Below, piece by piece: positions 61,193-64,000 of a stretch of DNA of 64,000 nt. Both the position numbers and the translations under genes were made by a program. How positions within the stretch are numbered: position 1 is the stretch's first letter; every line of letters begins with the position of its first letter. A model generated the notes under the pieces. It ran no database searches and had not been told where the DNA came from. It was given only the letters and a program-made list of their open reading frames with translations. The DNA is taken from the NCBI RefSeq assembly GCF_006345805.1, contig NC_043015.1:17732001-17796000 (forward strand), in the 5' to 3' direction. Source of the stretch: Octopus sinensis (Eukaryota).

Positions 61193-61368
61193 GTTATGAA
61201 TCCATGAATCTTCCACCCACCCCTCCCAGTAGCAACACCAGTGACAGTGAAGGTAGCTTCAGCCCTCTGCGTTCTGCACCATCAAGTCCAGTACGGCCAG
61301 TATCAACAGCAAAGTCTCTTCCATCCAACAATACTAAACATATTTCTCAACCATTGTTTACTAATCCG
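61193..61368 (+). CDS. CREB3L1/2: Exon of the CREB3L1/2 (CrebA) gene upstream of the bZIP
   Basis: (G)YESMNLPPTPPSSNTSDSEGSFSPLRSAPSSPVRP...QPLFTNP matches the CREB3L1 motif PPTPPSSHGSDSDGSQSP..PSSPVRP...PLLTAP. TTTAG acceptor, GTGAGT donor, phase 1 to 0. Confidence 0.88.
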
Positions 61369-62689
61369 GTGAGTATTTCTTGAGAGTACTTCATTACACT
61401 TACTTTGTTCCATTGGAATTATTAGTTACCTACTGAAACTCCAGTTTCAGTCAGAGATGAAAATCTTGGGAACACTTTCTTTCTTACAGGAGAAATAAAT
61501 CTGGAGTGACCTCATGCTGGTCCTCTTGTAGCTTGAGAAGTTTTAAACTTTCATTATTTCCTCATCCATTTTATTTAGACCAATGTTGGAATTTTGTCAG
61601 CCAGCCCCTTTGGCTTTCTTAAACAGAACACAAGACTTTTTCTCTTTCTCTCTCCCTCTCTCTCACACACACACTTGGCACCCAACAGCCATGAGCAAGC
61701 TGTTTCTCTTAGTACTTTTATCACTTTAGTTTTGCCCCAACAGTCTGTGTTTTGAGCGGCTGTCTATTTTTACTGTCTTCAAACAGAACTACCAATTGTT
61801 TTTCTTCTATAGTTCAGTTAGTCTCAATACAAAGCACATTTTAGCAACTTTATCAATGTTATCACTGTGCATCCTTTATTTTCTACAAATGTTTCAATAT
61901 ACAGCATTATTATAAGATAGGTTTACATAAATATATTTGTAGGGAAAATATTATGTGTATGTTCATGTTTGTACAACTCAAGTCCCGTACTGTCAGAGAT
62001 TTGTCTTCCCTGTTGGATGAAATGGATATTTACACGTTTTTAGTCAGTTGTTAATTTGAACATCCATAGATTAATATCTGCATAAAATATTAACACATAT
62101 GGAATCCCAAAGGGTTGCAGTTTTGGGAAAAAATAACTAGGTAAAGTATTCAATGCAGAGTCTGAGTGAGATTGGGGAAAACAGAAGTGACAAATGTGAG
62201 GAATGAATGTTCATATTTCTAGCTCAAAGGAGCAGAGGCCACTTACGGTGTTAATAGAAATGACAGAAAAAAGAATATGCGAGCCAGTGATTTTAAGTGT
62301 GTTGGTGTTTGGACATTTTATGTGTACTAGTAACAAATCTAGATATATCATTGATACTCCATTGTGTACTGGTATCACAGCACTACATGTCAATTGTACC
62401 AATGGTACTCTGTTGTGAGTCTTACATATGCTGTACAGAGGATCAATAACTGATCAAAACTGAGGGATTTCCTGGCCATTAAGATTAAACTTAGTCTTAG
62501 AGATTTGATTTCGATGATTTCATATTTAGAAGGTTACCTTGAGAGATTATTGGTTTATGCTCTTCTTTTGCTGAACAAACCACACTTCCCTAGCTGTCCT
62601 TTTGCTCATCTACCAATCCTGATTGAGCAACATAGGCAGAGATAAATGTTGCTGTTGTATTTTTCAAGACAAATCTAAGGTTAATTATC

Positions 62690-62950
62690 CTGTCACACAC
62701 TCTTTCTTAATCAGTTCATCTATCCATTTTTTTTTTGTTCAAAGTATGCCAACTTCCTTCACAGCATCACTATCATCTACCCAGAAGAATTTGTACCCAT
62801 GTCCCTTGCCTGTGAGGAGTCTGGTTAAAGCTCTCCTCTATCATACCTTTTGCATACAGCTCATGTCTACTACATGCCTCTGTTCTAGCATTGTACCAAT
62901 CTCACCAGACCAACCTTTCATTATGCTTATGTTGATTGGGGCTGCTTTAA
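62690..62950 (-). mobile_element. Old RTE endonuclease N-terminal fragment
   Basis: PINISIMKGWSGEIGTMLEQRHVVDMSCMQKV...LLTGKGHGYKFFW is homologous to the start of ORF 30563. Confidence 0.75.
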
Positions 62951-63559
62951 AGTTGTAAACTTGACAGGAAGAGCAAGTAGAGAGCTGGTGGACAACTTTC
63001 ACTAGTTGAAGAGAAAGTTTGTGGAAATGTTTGCTTGCAGGCAGATAGTTCTGGTGCATAATCAGACAGTCAAATATTTTTACCACTCAATTGAACCACT
63101 AATTCCATAGGCCCACAAACATTCAAGGTCAAATAAGTAAATGAAAGCATAAAAAGGTTGTTATTGTGTAGAAAGGGGATATCATGCAAATCTAACATAA
63201 AGGTGGGGTAATAAGGGGAGAAAGGGAAGCGAAAAATACTGAAGAAGTTTCTAAAAGATTAATGAAGGTCATACTTAAAACTTGAATATATTACTTGAAA
63301 ATTATACTTAAAATAAATATGTTTAACTACTGCATGTACATGTGGCCATATTTCTAAAAGGAAAAGATTATACTATTGGCAACAAATGAATTATGAATGA
63401 GAAAATGGGAGGCAGTGACAAACATTGAGCAAATATATTAAATATTTAAAGAAATAAAACAATCAGTACAACTTAGCTTTGTAGCAATATTGTTTTCTTC
63501 ATTGCTATCTTCACTGTTTGAGAAAAATATTAAGAATGATCTCGTTTGAGATTACAAAC

Positions 63560-63975
63560 ATCTTTGGCTAGTTTAACCGTGTTGTGTCCACTATTTTGAT
63601 TGGTTGGCATCTAAGCACAGTCTGTCTCTATACTTCGCGCCAGTGTGTAAACTGACCAATCACGGCTTTCGGATAGGACTTTTCATTTGAGCCATCTTAA
63701 CTCTTTAAATAGGTTGATCATATCACGATTCATGTCTTTTGGCTTAAGACCTTCTAAGGTTTTGGTCGGAGACCACACAACACAGAGCTTACTCAACCAT
63801 ATTCCAGTTTGAAAGGCAGACGACAGCCAAGCCAAACCTAATATGAAGACGCTATTGTAAACTAAGCGACAGACATCACGTCGGGGTCACCACTTATGTT
63901 AGAATATGATCGCACGAGAGGGAGTTTTGGTGACATATTTTCTCCTCTTATTCAACAGCGTCCGGCCGCATCCCA
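63560..63975. promoter_or_regulatory. CpG-rich promoter-like patch
   Basis: ATTGG at 63599, CCAAT at 63656, GCCATCTT (YY1-type) at 63691. Many CpGs against a CpG-poor intronic background. Confidence 0.45.
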
Positions 63976-64000
63976 ACATAACATAACTTAATGTTATATA

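Noticed and set aside
63959-63991. Next CREB3L exon after the acceptor at 63958
   Set aside because: The phase-0 reading stops after 10 codons and lacks the expected L.LTEEEKRTL motif.

Overview
Eukaryotic, AT-rich, repeat-dense DNA, probably from an Octopus genome (inferred from the SINE and RTE families, TTAGGG-type repeats and long AT microsatellites). Positions 1 to ~13.46 kb are a heavily degenerate (TTAGGG)n array. Its G-rich strand points into the window, which is the wrong way round for a left chromosome end. The array has a higher-order unit of about 450-490 bp, an apparently perfect 886-bp tandem duplication, a unique 110-bp island and a SINE with a 12-bp TSD. Next come R4/Dong-like and RTE LINE pieces. 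The first two coding exons of Cullin-3 follow (+; 18602-18661 and 26876-27073). A near full-length but inactivated RTE LINE lies at ~30.0-34.2 kb, followed by a 100-N assembly gap. Beyond the gap are CR1, RTE, Penelope-like, mariner, maT and piggyBac-MITE remnants. Several long foldback (inverted-repeat) structures linked to Penelope-like sequence occur here, along with a hammerhead-ribozyme relic. Two exons of a CREB3L1/2 (CrebA/OASIS-type) bZIP gene lie on the + strand at 60375-60827 and 61193-61368. A CpG-rich promoter-like patch sits at the right edge. I could not find the remaining CUL3 exons or the 5' CREB3L exons in the window.
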